A stretch of 64,000 bases of DNA from Bdellovibrionota bacterium (GTDB lineage Bacteria; Bdellovibrionota; UBA1018; CAIPTA01; JAALKR01). Every line of letters starts with the position of its first letter. The first letter of the stretch is position 1. Shown one piece after another: positions 20,296 through 30,073 of this stretch. The stretch lies in the NCBI GenBank assembly GCA_965207455.1, contig CBDBMJ010000001.1:1696001-1760000 (forward strand), written 5' to 3'. The notes below the pieces were generated by a model. It did no database searches, was not told where the DNA came from, and was given only the letters and a program-made list of their open reading frames with translations. The position numbers and the translations under genes were made by a program.

Positions 20296-20836
20296 AACTA
20301 TTGATCTGCCCTAACACAGAGAGCCGACTATAATTTTGTATTGACCATTTCTACCCAAGCACGTTAAAGCTATTTATTTTGCCTGAAGCCCAGTCAAATT
20401 ATTACTACAACCTTCATGTTAGTTCTCTTTATCGGATTCTTGCTTATAGATGATTAAAATGAGTATTTTATTAATCTCTTGGAGATCCTCTTGGAGAGAC
20501 AGGTCTTTAGGAAGTCTGTACTGTTTAAAATTCTTCTTCGTTATGGCAGTGAGACTTTCTTAACTTAATTTCTTCAGTAATTGACCTTGGTCGGTTAAGT
20601 TTACTGGCGAACAAGCGGAATTTTCCCTTGGACCAATCTTTTAGATGGTCCAGAGGTACGTTATTTAAGTGATAGCGTTTGATCTAGTTACCAGTAGCAC
20701 AGGTTTCTCCAAGAATATCACTTACACTATTAGAACAAGTGAACGCAATATTAGAATTAGCTCTTAAAGAAACACATTCACTGCCAACCTCCAGTCAAAA
20801 GATACAAATTAATTCAAAATTTTTATATTTCCATCC

Positions 20837-23764
20837 TTATTGTGAGACAGTACAATCCTTGCTCAAAATAGGGGTGGCACTACATTTTATAACAAGGTTA
20901 TTTTTTGTACCATAAAATGTGTTCATTTTATTTGTCACACTACCAACATTCCATGTTCTTAAATCAAGAGAGGTTAAACCAGAAGAACGAAACATATCAC
21001 GCATATTCGTCACTTTAGCGGTATTAAAATGAGATACATCAAGGGAAGCTAAACTTATAGTATTATTAAACATATTACTCATATCTGTCACTTGAGAGGT
21101 GTCTGTGATGCCAGCAGTAAATTCAGTGAGTTGCGTGCAACCATCGAAAGCGGATTTCAAATTTTTCCAGCCCATTATTCCAAGATTTTCTACTTTGATA
21201 ATTTTATTTCTATCTCCTTCATTATTAAAATACCAAACTGGCAATATTCCTGTTATTTTAATTGTGTAGTCTCTTGCATTTGCATAGGTGTGAGTAACAT
21301 TATTACTATAAGCAGTAACAGTTTCTTTAGATCCATCACCCCAATAAACATCGAAATCGTATACAAAGTTATTTCCATTTCCATCATTCTCTCTTAGAGG
21401 AAGAGTGACCGTAAGATCTCCATTCCCAACTCTCCAAACAGACTGAAAAATTGCGCTGTCTAGTTCATAGCTTACTGTATTTGTGGAGCACTCTAAAATA
21501 TTACCAAAACTATCTGTTTGTTTTTCAGAATAAGAATAAGTGCCATCACTACCTAAAGCGGTAGATAGCTCTATATTCATGGTTCCTCTGATTACTTCAA
21601 TCGGACCTTGTACCAAGTTTCCACAATTATCATCAGAATATAAGTTGACAGTACTTCCAAGCTCTAAACCTTTGAGAAGAAAAACAGGAGTAGAATCGCC
21701 AGAAGGATTAGATGTTTTTAGTGATAAATTAGATGTAATACTGGTATCTAAGATAAAGGTATAGCTTATGGCAGCCACGCAGCGAGAAATATTTCCTGAT
21801 TTATCCACTTGTTTTGCATAATAGGTATAGGTTCCATCGACACTTAGAGGGGTATCTGTTTTTAATTCAATAAAGCCATCATCATCCGCTGTACCTGATG
21901 CCACTTTATCTACCTCCAAGCACTTATAATTGTTACGATCGCTGTATAGACTAACTAATGAACCACTTTCTGTGGAGATTGCAAAAATAGGTTCTGGATT
22001 ATTTGATGGGTTTCCGATTCTTTGAACTACCACTACCACTGGTGGTCGTGCAATTGTATCTATCTCATGGCTTAGACCATCGGAGCAGCTAGAATTGCCA
22101 GCTTTATCCACCTGTTTGGCATAAAAAGTATAAACAGCACTACCAATATAAGTTGACTGTAATTCAATAGAGCCAGAACTAGCTGTATTTGATGCTAGTT
22201 TGTTTGCCTCCAAGCACTCACTATCAGTGTGTAAGCTTACTTTTGCACCACCCTCTACACCAGAGATTACAAAAATAGGCCAGTTATTCTTTGATGGACT
22301 AGTGGTTCCTTCGGGTAACATTATCGTTGGTTTCGATATCTGTGTATCTAATTCATAACTTAGACCATCGGAGCAGCTAGAATTGCCAAGTTGATTTACT
22401 TGTTTTGCATAATAGTTGTATGCTCCATCGATATTTAAAGCAGTCTGTGTTGTTAATTCAATAGAATCACCATCATCATCAACTGTGCTTGATGCCACTT
22501 TGTTTGCCTCCAAGCACTCACTATCAGTGTGTAGGCTAATTGTTGCACCACTCTCTACACCTGAGACTACAAAGCTAGGTGCTGGATCATTTGATGGGCT
22601 AGTGGCTCCTTCGGCTAATAATACAGTTGGTTTCGATGCCTTTGTATCCAATTCATAATCCACACCTGCACTGGAGCAGTCAGAAATATTACCAGCTCTA
22701 TCCACTTGTTTTGCAAAATAGGTATAGGTTCCATCGGCACTTAGAGCAGTCTGTAGTGTTAGTGTAATAGAATCACCGGTAGCTGTGCCTGATTCTATAT
22801 TTGCCTCTGCACATTGATCATCAGTGTGTAAGCTAACTAGAGCACCATCTTCTACACCAGACACCACAAAACTAGGTGTTGTATTAATTGATGAGCTGCT
22901 GGTTCCTTGGGCTAATCCTATCGTTGGTGCGTTAGGAGCCGTTGAATCCAACTCATAATCCACACCTGCACTGGAGCAGTCAGAAATATTACCAGCTCTA
23001 TCCACTTGTTTTGCAAAATAGGTATAGGTTTCATCGATACTTAGAGCAGTCTGTAGTGTTAGTGTAATAGAATCACCGGTAGCTGTGCCTAATGCTACTG
23101 CCTCAGCACTGCACGCACTGTCTGTATGTAGACTAACTATTGCTCCAATTTCTATACTAGAAATAAGAAATCTGGGATTGGTATTGTCAGATGAAGGACT
23201 GGTGGTTCCTTCGGCAAATGCTATTGCTGGTTCTGCTGGCGCTAGCGTGTCTAAATGGTATTTTATTTCTAAGCAATCAAAGACCTCTGCCCCATTGGCG
23301 TGTTTTGCATAATAAGTATGTTCTCCATCATCAGTAATGGGATTTTTTAGCCCTACAGACACTTGACCATCTACCGGGGTTGAATCTGAACTCACTAATT
23401 CTCCAGCACATTCCTCCATTTCATGTAGGCTGACCGATGCTCCATCCCTCACATTGGAAAACTTAAAATCTGGTGATGAGTTCTTAGAGTAGTATATGCC
23501 CTCCTCAGGATTAATTCCTTCTATTTCGATAGCAAATTCAGGCGGCAAACTAGGAGTAAACGAATTAAAGGGCAACAAATTACTACCCGAATCGCTACTG
23601 CTACAACCAACAAGGGAAGCAAACAGTATAAACGGTATTATGTGGAGATTGAGGCTTTTACACGCCAATGTTCCACTGCTACATAGATTTTTTAAGACCC
23701 AACCTAAATACATATAAGATGAACTACAAAAAGTTCCGACCATTTTCACAAACAAGTTATTCAT
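20837..23764 (-). CDS. Surface lipoprotein: ~7 Ig-like repeats, PKD-like domain, BspA/DUF285 leucine-rich repeats
   Basis: Lipobox LVGC; ~100 aa repeats ending YxAKQVDxxGNxSxC; VYWGDG...THTY; TSQVTDMSNMF and FNTAKVTNMRDMF. Confidence 0.85.
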   Translation of the reverse strand: MNNLFVKMVGTFCSSSYMYLGWVLKNLCSSGTLACKSLNLHIIPFILFASLVGCSSSDSGSNLLPFNSFTPSLPPEFAIEIEGINPEEGIYYSKNSSPDFKFSNVRDGASVSLHEMEECAGELVSSDSTPVDGQVSVGLKNPITDDGEHTYYAKHANGAEVFDCLEIKYHLDTLAPAEPAIAFAEGTTSPSSDNTNPRFLISSIEIGAIVSLHTDSACSAEAVALGTATGDSITLTLQTALSIDETYTYFAKQVDRAGNISDCSSAGVDYELDSTAPNAPTIGLAQGTSSSSINTTPSFVVSGVEDGALVSLHTDDQCAEANIESGTATGDSITLTLQTALSADGTYTYFAKQVDRAGNISDCSSAGVDYELDTKASKPTVLLAEGATSPSNDPAPSFVVSGVESGATISLHTDSECLEANKVASSTVDDDGDSIELTTQTALNIDGAYNYYAKQVNQLGNSSCSDGLSYELDTQISKPTIMLPEGTTSPSKNNWPIFVISGVEGGAKVSLHTDSECLEANKLASNTASSGSIELQSTYIGSAVYTFYAKQVDKAGNSSCSDGLSHEIDTIARPPVVVVVQRIGNPSNNPEPIFAISTESGSLVSLYSDRNNYKCLEVDKVASGTADDDGFIELKTDTPLSVDGTYTYYAKQVDKSGNISRCVAAISYTFILDTSITSNLSLKTSNPSGDSTPVFLLKGLELGSTVNLYSDDNCGNLVQGPIEVIRGTMNIELSTALGSDGTYSYSEKQTDSFGNILECSTNTVSYELDSAIFQSVWRVGNGDLTVTLPLRENDGNGNNFVYDFDVYWGDGSKETVTAYSNNVTHTYANARDYTIKITGILPVWYFNNEGDRNKIIKVENLGIMGWKNLKSAFDGCTQLTEFTAGITDTSQVTDMSNMFNNTISLASLDVSHFNTAKVTNMRDMFRSSGLTSLDLRTWNVGSVTNKMNTFYGTKNNLVIKCSATPILSKDCTVSQ

Positions 23765-24009
23765 TATAAACCTCCTAAAAATTATTCTTCCAACTTACAC
23801 TTGTTAAAACGGTCGGAATCCGTAATACCTTTAGAGGTATTTTTATTATTTTTGTGAAACGGAGAGAATTTTCGTCACAGAAACAAGAAATAGTATTGAA
23901 AAACTCTTTGTTTGAATTCCAGTACCGTGTATGAAAAATAATTTGGAAAATAGGCTTTTCTGAGTAAAATAGTGGGATAAAAGCTCCTTGAGAGCCTCTA
24001 TTTGAGGGT

Positions 24010-24180
24010 TTTTCTTCACATCGGTGTGAACTTTTTAGGCATTTTCCTCACATCGGTGTGAACTTTTTTTCAATTTGTTCATTTTTTTATAATATTATAA
24101 ATATTTTCTGGTATTTCTTTATCACGTTATAAACTTTTTCGCTGTTTTCAGCGTTTTCTTTATCACGCTATAAACTTTTT
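24010..24180. repeat. Four 27-bp iteron/operator-like direct repeats
   Basis: TTTTC(T/C)TCACATCGGTGTGAACTTTTT at 24010 and 24042; (A/T)TTTCTTTATCACG(T/C)TATAAACTTTTT at 24113 and 24154. Confidence 0.75.
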
Positions 24181-24357
24181 GATTAATTCCTTTTTTATCT
24201 CTTTACAAGATAGACTTTTTAAGCGAATTTCTTAAAAATTGGCAAGAGTATAAATAAAAGAGGAAGAAGAAATGAGTAAGCAATTAAGAGTAATTTTATC
24301 CGATAAGGCATCGGAGGGGAATTTGGATATTCTTGAGCAGTTAATAGAACAATAAAG

Positions 24358-25098
24358 GTGGTTGAAATGGTTGATAGATATAAAAATCTAAACGTAGCCT
24401 ATACAAGAAGCTGGGAAGTTGTGCGTCTTTTACATTTATATGCTTTAACCCCTTTATTCATCATACAACATCTAATTCAGATAGACACTAAGTGTGAAAA
24501 ACTTAGAGGTGTATTGTTGCGGCTTTTGAAGAAGAATTTTATTTCCAAATGTGTCAGGAAATTGACTGCATTGAGAGAAATTTATTATCAAAAAACTAGT
24601 TGTGAAATAACTTTGAAGCTAGTGGCTAAATCTATGAAAGTATATGTTAATGAGCTAAAACTGCCATATTTTAAGAGAGCCAAACTATTACTATTAAGTT
24701 TTCAAGAGAAAGATATTTATCCAGACCTGCTGCTAGTTTTTCCAAAAAAAGATATAAATCCAAGCGTTGGTGTTGCTGTTGAAATCGAAAGAACGAGGAA
24801 AAGCTCGAAAAGATTGCTAAAGAAAATTTCAAAATATACTAACCGAACTTTAATTGACGGTGTGCTTTATGTTTGCGAAAAGGAAAACATTTCTAGCATT
24901 ATAATGGGCATTTATAAATCAAAAGTGATGCTTAAAAGTTACAGAATACAGCACTATGAAAAGAATTTTCTTGCGCTTTTTTACTCGATTTGCGCAAACA
25001 AAACTCCTAATGACGAAATGTTTAATGGTGATTCTAAGAGCATTTTATTTCCCAATTGGATGAAGTATTTAAGGGAGGTTAGTCACCATGAACGTTAA
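24358..25098 (+). pseudogene. Replication-relaxation (Replic_Relax)-like protein, probably decayed
   Basis: YPDLLL...VAVEIERTRKSSKRLLKK...GVLYVC PD-(D/E)xK-like pattern; irregular N-terminus and an upstream stub ORF at 24272-24355. Confidence 0.55.
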
Positions 25099-25262
25099 GA
25101 TATTAGCATTTGTTCGGCTTAAAATCCCTGGAATAACTACTTGTGACGTTTGGTCTAGGACATCCTGTCTTTTTACTGGTGTTTTAGAAGAGAGAAAAGC
25201 ATTGATTATTGAATATAATTAGTACTTTAGGAAATCCAAACCTACCGCCGAACCTACTAATT

Positions 25263-25337
25263 TTTTTTCTGACCCCACTCACCCTACATTATAAATAATT
25301 ATTACTAAGGTAATAGAGTGAGTGGGGTCAGAAAAAA
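25263..25337. repeat. Perfect 20-bp inverted repeat with a 35-nt AT-rich spacer
   Basis: TTTTTTCTGACCCCACTCAC at 25263-25282 and GTGAGTGGGGTCAGAAAAAA at 25318-25337. Confidence 0.9.
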
Positions 25338-25440
25338 GGTTAGTGGGTGGGTTGGTAAGGGTAAGGAGGAGGAGAGGAACGGACAGGAGAGGATAGAAAT
25401 GGAGAATGGAGAAACTAAAAAAATGGGAGAGGGAAAGAAA

Positions 25441-25740
25441 ATGCGTGTAAGTTTTGATGGGAAAAATAAAAAGGTTGACAAAACTGATGAAGCTCAGTCA
25501 AATAGAAATATAATATTAGCTTCTAGCTGTTGTGCTGAGGCTAGTCGTTCTTTGAAAAGCTGGGAGATTCTAACAAGCAAAGATGCAGCTTCTTTTTTGC
25601 GACTCTCGCTAAGTTCATTTATGAATATGGTAAGTGCGGGTCAAATTCCAGTTTATAAAATTGGAAGGAGGAATCGATACCTTCGATCTGAGCTTTTTCA
25701 ATTATTTTTCCAAAATCATAATAAAGATAAGGAGAATTAA
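25441..25740 (+). CDS. Excisionase-like HTH protein (start uncertain)
   Basis: ILTSKDAASFLRLS...MVSAGQIPVYKIGRRNRYLRSEL; directly upstream of the integrase. Confidence 0.8.
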   Translation: MRVSFDGKNKKVDKTDEAQSNRNIILASSCCAEASRSLKSWEILTSKDAASFLRLSLSSFMNMVSAGQIPVYKIGRRNRYLRSELFQLFFQNHNKDKEN

Positions 25741-25741
25741 T

Positions 25742-26851
25742 ATGGGAATAAAGCAAGATAAAAAAACAGGAAAGTGGAATATTTGGTATGGTAAACGAAA
25801 TCCAAAGACAGGGAAGCAGTATCAATTAAAAAGATATAATCTAAAAACAAAAGCTCTAGCTAGTAAAGAAGAACGTAAACTCATTGGTCTGGTGGAGAGA
25901 AAAATCCATGAAACAGTATCACCAAACTGGGGTACTGTCTTAGATGAGTTTTCAAAATCACAGCGAAGCGCAGGTCTTATGGAGAAAACTATTCAAAACT
26001 ATAATGGTTCCCTTCAAATGCACACCGCACCTGAGTGGGAAGATAGACCTGTAGATAAAATTATGGGAGGTGAGATACGCCAGATAATTGTAGAAAAATT
26101 ATCTGGTAAATCAGAAAGCCATAAAAAAAGTGTTCTTCAGTACATTCGAGCTGCTTTTGGTTTTGCACTTGAGAAGGGTTACATTAAATGGAACCCCACA
26201 CCTAAAATACATTTCAGGCATGGGGATAAGATCAAGAAAGTGCTAACAGAGGCTCAAGTCAGAACCTTGCTAGAGCAAGCAAAGTTAATGGAAAATGACT
26301 GGTATCCAATTTGGGCTACCGCAGTTTATACAGGTATGCGAAACGGTGAACTTTATGCTCTTACTTGGGACAAAGTAAACTTGGAAAATCGTCAAATCTT
26401 AGTGGACTGTGCTTGGAACAGTAAAGATGGTTTTAAGTCTACAAAGTCTGGTGATGACCGTATTGTAGAAATTGCGCCTACTCTTCTATGTATGCTTAAA
26501 CAGCTAAAACTTGAAAGTGCAGACCCTTCGGGTTTTGTGCTGCCTAGGGTTTATAGATGGAATCAAGGTGATCAGTCACCACAACTAAGAATGTTCCTTA
26601 TGGGCATAGGGATTCCCCCTGTTCGCTTTCATGATTTGAGGGCAACATGGGCAACCATAATGCTAGGGAGAGGGATAGAACCGGTAAAGGTAATGAAGAT
26701 TGGAGGCTGGAAGAGTATGAAAACCATGATGGTCTATATTCGAAAAGCTGGAATTGACATTCGGGGAGCAACCGATCACCTTAAGCTTCATAATCCATCA
26801 ATAGAGGCTGCAAAAATTTTGCAGTTTTCTAATAACAAAATGAAAAAATAG
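25742..26851 (+). CDS. Tyrosine recombinase/integrase
   Basis: YTGMRNGEL (R), STKS (K), RFHDLRAT (HxxR), GGW, MVY (Y); AAGGAG RBS before ATG 25742. Confidence 0.96.
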   Translation: MGIKQDKKTGKWNIWYGKRNPKTGKQYQLKRYNLKTKALASKEERKLIGLVERKIHETVSPNWGTVLDEFSKSQRSAGLMEKTIQNYNGSLQMHTAPEWEDRPVDKIMGGEIRQIIVEKLSGKSESHKKSVLQYIRAAFGFALEKGYIKWNPTPKIHFRHGDKIKKVLTEAQVRTLLEQAKLMENDWYPIWATAVYTGMRNGELYALTWDKVNLENRQILVDCAWNSKDGFKSTKSGDDRIVEIAPTLLCMLKQLKLESADPSGFVLPRVYRWNQGDQSPQLRMFLMGIGIPPVRFHDLRATWATIMLGRGIEPVKVMKIGGWKSMKTMMVYIRKAGIDIRGATDHLKLHNPSIEAAKILQFSNNKMKK

Positions 26852-26931
26852 ATGCTTGTTAAAAGATGTATTCTATTGTGTGATGGTGCGAAGTTCCAAT
26901 GCTGTAAATTTAAAGACTTACAGTTGCTTGC

Positions 26932-26947
26932 GTCACCTGAGCCAATA
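26932..26947 (+). repeat. att site, integrase-proximal copy
   Basis: Identical 16-mer to 17490-17505. Confidence 0.9.
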
Positions 26948-27138
26948 AACAATCTATCCCAACAGTTGAACCCAACCTACTCTCTAATACAAAAAAGCTA
27001 GTGGACTCGAACGCGGAGCGATGAATCAAGTCAACGCAAAGCAATAATTTCCCCACTTAATAATGTGATGCGCTAGAAAAGACCTCTACGCTATTGTTTG
27101 TATAATTTATATCAAAATACTATTGAAGTAAGGGAGAC

Positions 27139-27232
27139 GCCTTAAAACTGGCCGATCTAATTAACGTTGTTTTTGTCGGGTTAGTGTACCAGCGCTAGCA
27201 TTGCTAACGCTGGATGATGTGTGGTCGATACA
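27139..27232 (-). repeat. 94-nt conserved 3' element, copy 1
   Basis: 92/94 identical to 27964-28057; contains the hairpin CCAGCGTTAGC-AAT-GCTAGCGCTGG on the minus strand. Confidence 0.9.
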
Positions 27233-27254
27233 AATAGAGGGTGTAAACCCTTAG

Positions 27255-27824
27255 TTAACGTCGGGATCGAAGAACTGCCTCTATATCCATCAAACGATAA
27301 TCACCGGAAGAACTTTTTCTACATCCTTTTGTTAAAAAGCCGACTTTCTTATTAGAAAGTATAGTTAGGTTGTGAAGGCCTCTCATACAACGCTGATAAC
27401 TCCCATTGTTACCTCCTCTTGGAAAACGAATGCCGTTTTTGCTTAATCGAATTATTTTGATCTCATCGAAATCATCATAGTTTGGAATAAGCACTCTTAT
27501 ATTTCTCAAAACGTACCTGCCGAATTCCCTTGCGCATCCTTTTGTTAAAAAGATGAATTTGTCACTAGAAAGTAGGCTTAGGATTTGATTAGTATGACTA
27601 CAACGAGTGTGGCTTGAATTGTCATTGCCTGAAAATTGAATATCTCTCAACCTAATGCGCTTAGCATCGCTTGTGCTAAGTTCATCGCTTTCGTTTTCCT
27701 GACTCAATACGAGTGATGCAAAAGGTTCAATTTCTTGCACGTCTCCATTGCCTAGCGTACTAGCAAATGCACTAGTGTTGCCTAATAGTATTATCGTTCC
27801 AATTAATAGTGTTGTTATTTTCAT
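27255..27824 (-). CDS. Secreted protein with two internal Cys-pair repeats (paralog A)
   Basis: AAGGA RBS, signal peptide MKITTLLIG...SAFA; repeat pattern KRIRL..F...RC...L.LLS..K..FLTKGC....Y.L. Confidence 0.8.
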   Translation of the reverse strand: MKITTLLIGTIILLGNTSAFASTLGNGDVQEIEPFASLVLSQENESDELSTSDAKRIRLRDIQFSGNDNSSHTRCSHTNQILSLLSSDKFIFLTKGCAREFGRYVLRNIRVLIPNYDDFDEIKIIRLSKNGIRFPRGGNNGSYQRCMRGLHNLTILSNKKVGFLTKGCRKSSSGDYRLMDIEAVLRSRR

Positions 27825-27963
27825 ATTTATTTCCTTTCGTTTAGTGTTTAGATTCTGCTTGTGAAGAAAGCATACTCCAAAAAGAAGAATTTTCAACTTT
27901 ATTTATGTGGTAATAGAAAAAATATTTGCGTCAAAACACTATTAAAATAAAAGAAAGGACAGT

Positions 27964-28057
27964 GCCTTAAAACTGGCTGAACTAATTAACGTTGTTTTTG
28001 TCGGGTTAGTGTACCAGCGCTAGCATTGCTAACGCTGGATGATGTGTGGTCGATACA
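27964..28057 (-). repeat. 94-nt conserved 3' element, copy 2
   Basis: Near-identical to 27139-27232; lies just 3' of paralog B. Confidence 0.9.
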
Positions 28058-28074
28058 CTAAAGAGGAATCACCT

Positions 28075-28647
28075 CTAGTCAAGATCAGGAGGTGTAACAA
28101 TTGCTCTTACATTCGTTAAAATATAATCGTAAGAGCTTCCTTGACATCCGTCTGTTAAAAAGCTGACTCTGTTGTTAGAAAGTAGACTTAGAACCTGCAT
28201 GGATTCAGCGCACCGAATATAATTATAATCACTATTATTGCGATTATTTCGAAAGATAATGCCACCTAATCGAATTCTTTTGTATCCATCTATCTCATCA
28301 TATTTTCGAATAAGTGCCCTTACGTTCGTTAAAACATAATCTGAGAAGTCTCTTCCACATCCGTCCGTTAATAAGATGAATTTCTTACTCGACAGTAGAG
28401 CTAGGACTTGATTGGCTTCGGCACATCGAGTGTAATTATAATCACTATTATTTCGATTATTTCGAAAGATAACACCGCCCAATTTAACGCGCTTCCTGTT
28501 GGCCGTGTTATTATTACTGACTTCATTTTGCTCGCTTAATGAAGGTGGAACAGAAAGCAAGCTCACTTCTCCATCCTGTATATTGGCAAATGCACCAGCG
28601 CTGCCTAGTAGCATTATCACTCCAATTAATGGTGTTATTCTTTTCAT
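28075..28647 (-). CDS. Secreted protein with two internal Cys-pair repeats (paralog B)
   Basis: AAGGAG RBS, signal peptide; IFRNNRNNSDYNY(T/I)RCAE occurs twice. Confidence 0.85.
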   Translation of the reverse strand: MKRITPLIGVIMLLGSAGAFANIQDGEVSLLSVPPSLSEQNEVSNNNTANRKRVKLGGVIFRNNRNNSDYNYTRCAEANQVLALLSSKKFILLTDGCGRDFSDYVLTNVRALIRKYDEIDGYKRIRLGGIIFRNNRNNSDYNYIRCAESMQVLSLLSNNRVSFLTDGCQGSSYDYILTNVRAIVTPPDLD

Positions 28648-29033
28648 AATTATCTCCTTATTATTAGTTTTTAGTTTCGTGTTTAAATTTAAAATTTAAA
28701 CGGCTCCGTTTCTACCAAAACTCTACCAAGACTTTTGCTATGTCTCAAGAGTGTAATTTTTAAAATTCTAGCTCATTTCAAGTTGACACATCGCCGCCGA
28801 ACAAGCCGAGCCAATATATAGAAAAGATTGTCTCTTAAAAGAAATGGGAATACGCAAGCAGCAAACTCAATGGGAACTTCGTATCTTTTTCTTGGATCAG
28901 GAAACATTCTAAAAGGTTAAATTATTTTTCATACACGGTATTGGAGTTCAAATGAAGAATTTTTCAACACTCTTTCTTGTATTTATTTAATTCATTAAAG
29001 TAATTCTAAAGTGTTCCGAAAGGTTGTATGACT

Positions 29034-29404
29034 GTAACTTAGTCTTTTGACCGCCCTTGTGCTCTAAGAGCGAATATGTTTGGCGTATTGCAGAGGTGTT
29101 AGAGGAGTTCCACCATTGAGAACTTTTTTAATGGCCATTGAGATATAGCTTCTAGGGTCAAGCTCTACTTTTTTACAGCTCTCTATGACAGTGTAGAGTA
29201 TGGTCGCTGTTTCTGCTCCTTTTGCTGTTTTGGATCCGTAAAAGTTTTTCCTTCCCATAACACAGTGGCGCATGGCTCTCTCTGCTTCATTATTTGTTAG
29301 AGGAATTTTTGGATCATTTAGAAATAGCACAAGATTACTCCAATGTTTAAAGACATAGTTAATGGCTTTTTGTAACTCGCTCTCTGCTCGTGTTTTAGGG
29401 GCTA
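29034..29404 (-). mobile_element. IS66-family transposase C-terminal remnant with a probable GTAA end
   Basis: LQKAINY...W..L..FL.DP.IPLTNNEAERAMR..VMGRKNF.GS..GAE....YTVIESCK; 5' part cut at the IS630 repeat. Confidence 0.85.
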
Positions 29405-30073
29405 GTGGTCTAACCACTTAATTTTTTCACTTTTCTTGGAAGCGCAGTGCCGTGGCTTGTCGCATTTTTTGAGCAATCATTAAGACATGAATCCAGTAGA
29501 ACTGAGTGATAGTGACTTACTCGAAATAAATAATGTTATAAAAAAAAGCGAAAATAACAGAATAGTTGTAAGGGCCATTGCCCTAAAAATGAAATATCTA
29601 AACCATACAAATATGGGTGCGGCAGAGGTTCTGAATATAACCCCTAGGACAGTGATTAATATTTGTAGCTACTATAGTAGCGGAGGAATAGAATCTGCTT
29701 TAAACGATGACCCAAGACCAGGGAGGTCAGTAGAAATAGATGATAGAATAAAGTCTAAAATTGTTGCAATAGTCTGCAGTGACCCACCTGAAGCTTTTGA
29801 TCGCTGGACATTGGAACTCATACAAGAGCAAGTAATAAAAGATGATATCGCTGAAAAAATAAGCAAAGAAAAAATCAGAATAATTCTCCAAGAGCATGAT
29901 TTAAAACCTTGGAGATATGATATGTGGTGTGTGCCCAAGTTAGATAAAGAGTTTATCAATAGAATGGAAGTATTCAAATTCTAAAGAAGTAATAATTAAA
30001 TGGAAATTTAACAAGGTCGAAGCTAGGGAAAAATTCAAATATAAAGTGAAAAAATTAAGTGGTTAGACCACTA
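29403..30073 (+). mobile_element. Internally deleted IS630-family element with intact terminal repeats
   Basis: Perfect 31-bp inverted ends including TA (29403-29433, 30043-30073); HTH part DDPRPGR...RWTLEL...LKPWR; DDE domain missing; C-terminal remnant IKWKFNKVEAREKF present. Confidence 0.92.

Larger units (their letters stand above)
17490..26947. mobile_element. Integrative element inserted at the tRNA-Asn 3' end
   Basis: Direct repeat GTCACCTGAGCCAATA at 17490-17505 and 26932-26947; tyrosine integrase and excisionase next to the distal repeat; AT-rich cargo. Confidence 0.9.

Noticed and set aside
27000..27022. GGACTCGAAC, the reverse complement of a tRNA T-loop
   Set aside because: No cloverleaf can be built; at most a tRNA-associated downstream fragment.
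27139..28647. Diversity-generating retroelement (TR/VR) interpretation of the duplicated sequences
   Set aside because: No reverse transcriptase in the window, and the differences are not adenine-specific.
28806..28912. GAGCCAATA match to the att core and a stub ORF (MGIRKQQTQWEL...) like an integrase N-terminus
   Set aside because: A 9-bp match and a 22 aa stub are too short to distinguish from chance.
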